DNA of 64,000 nt from the human T2T-CHM13v2.0 reference genome, Homo sapiens, in NCBI RefSeq assembly GCF_009914755.1, contig NC_060937.1; one strand, given 5' to 3'. Every line of letters starts with the position of its first letter. Position 1 is the stretch's first letter. Made by a program: the position numbers and the translations under genes. This document shows positions 63,801 to 64,000 of the stretch, piece after piece. Under the pieces are notes generated by a model. The model was not told where the DNA came from, made no database searches, and saw only the letters and a program-made list of their open reading frames with translations.

Positions 63801-64000
63801 CTAACAATGAAAATATGAAAAGGGAATTAAGAAAATAATTCCATTTACAATAGCATCAAAATAATGAAATACTTAGGAATTAACTTGGAGGAGGTGAAAG
63901 ACTTAATACAGTGAAAATGACAAGACATTGCTAAGAGGAATTAACAAATGGAAACGCACCCCATGGCTATATATTGGAACACAGTATTGTTAAGATGTCA
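60890..64000 (+). mobile_element. Old, decayed L1M-type LINE (5' region, ORF1 remnant, ORF2 RT remnant), runs off the window end
   Basis: A-rich + strand. ORF1-like GAAATTAAGACATTCCCAGATAAACAAAAGCTGAGG; ORF2-like GAAATGGACAAATTCCTAG, AAATCCTCAACAAAATACTGGCA, CTATTCAACATAGTACTGGAAG. Frames are broken. Confidence 0.88.
63093..63381 (-). mobile_element. Alu (J-type) inserted into the L1
   Basis: Antisense Alu interrupting L1 ORF2 at ATGATCATCTCAAT...GATG. Confidence 0.9.

Overview
Mammalian (human-type) genomic DNA containing the complete TFDP1 gene (transcription factor Dp-1, the E2F heterodimer partner) on the + strand. I reconstructed it by hand: non-coding exon 1 (ends 3968) in a CpG island, then 11 coding exons (ATG 4918 to TGA 59334, 1233 nt, 410 aa, all GT-AG introns, phases consistent), and a 3'UTR to about 60540. 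The introns are unusually rich in GC-rich minisatellites (about ten arrays, roughly 8 kb), consistent with the subtelomeric 13q34 location known for human TFDP1. The window also holds 14 Alus, a sense solo LTR13 with a 6-bp TSD, MER1/MER30/MER58, MLT1/MLT2 remnants and an old L1 downstream. Almost all ORFs in the supplied track are spurious. I see no new protein-coding system. The most interesting signals are splice-site mimicry and regulatory-motif arrays made by duplication: a 141-bp duplication that copies the exon 6 donor into a potential poison splice site, minisatellites carrying exact copies of the exon 11 donor and acceptor, E-box-dense arrays, and a perfect templated insertion inside the decayed L1. 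All functional readings of these are untested inference.
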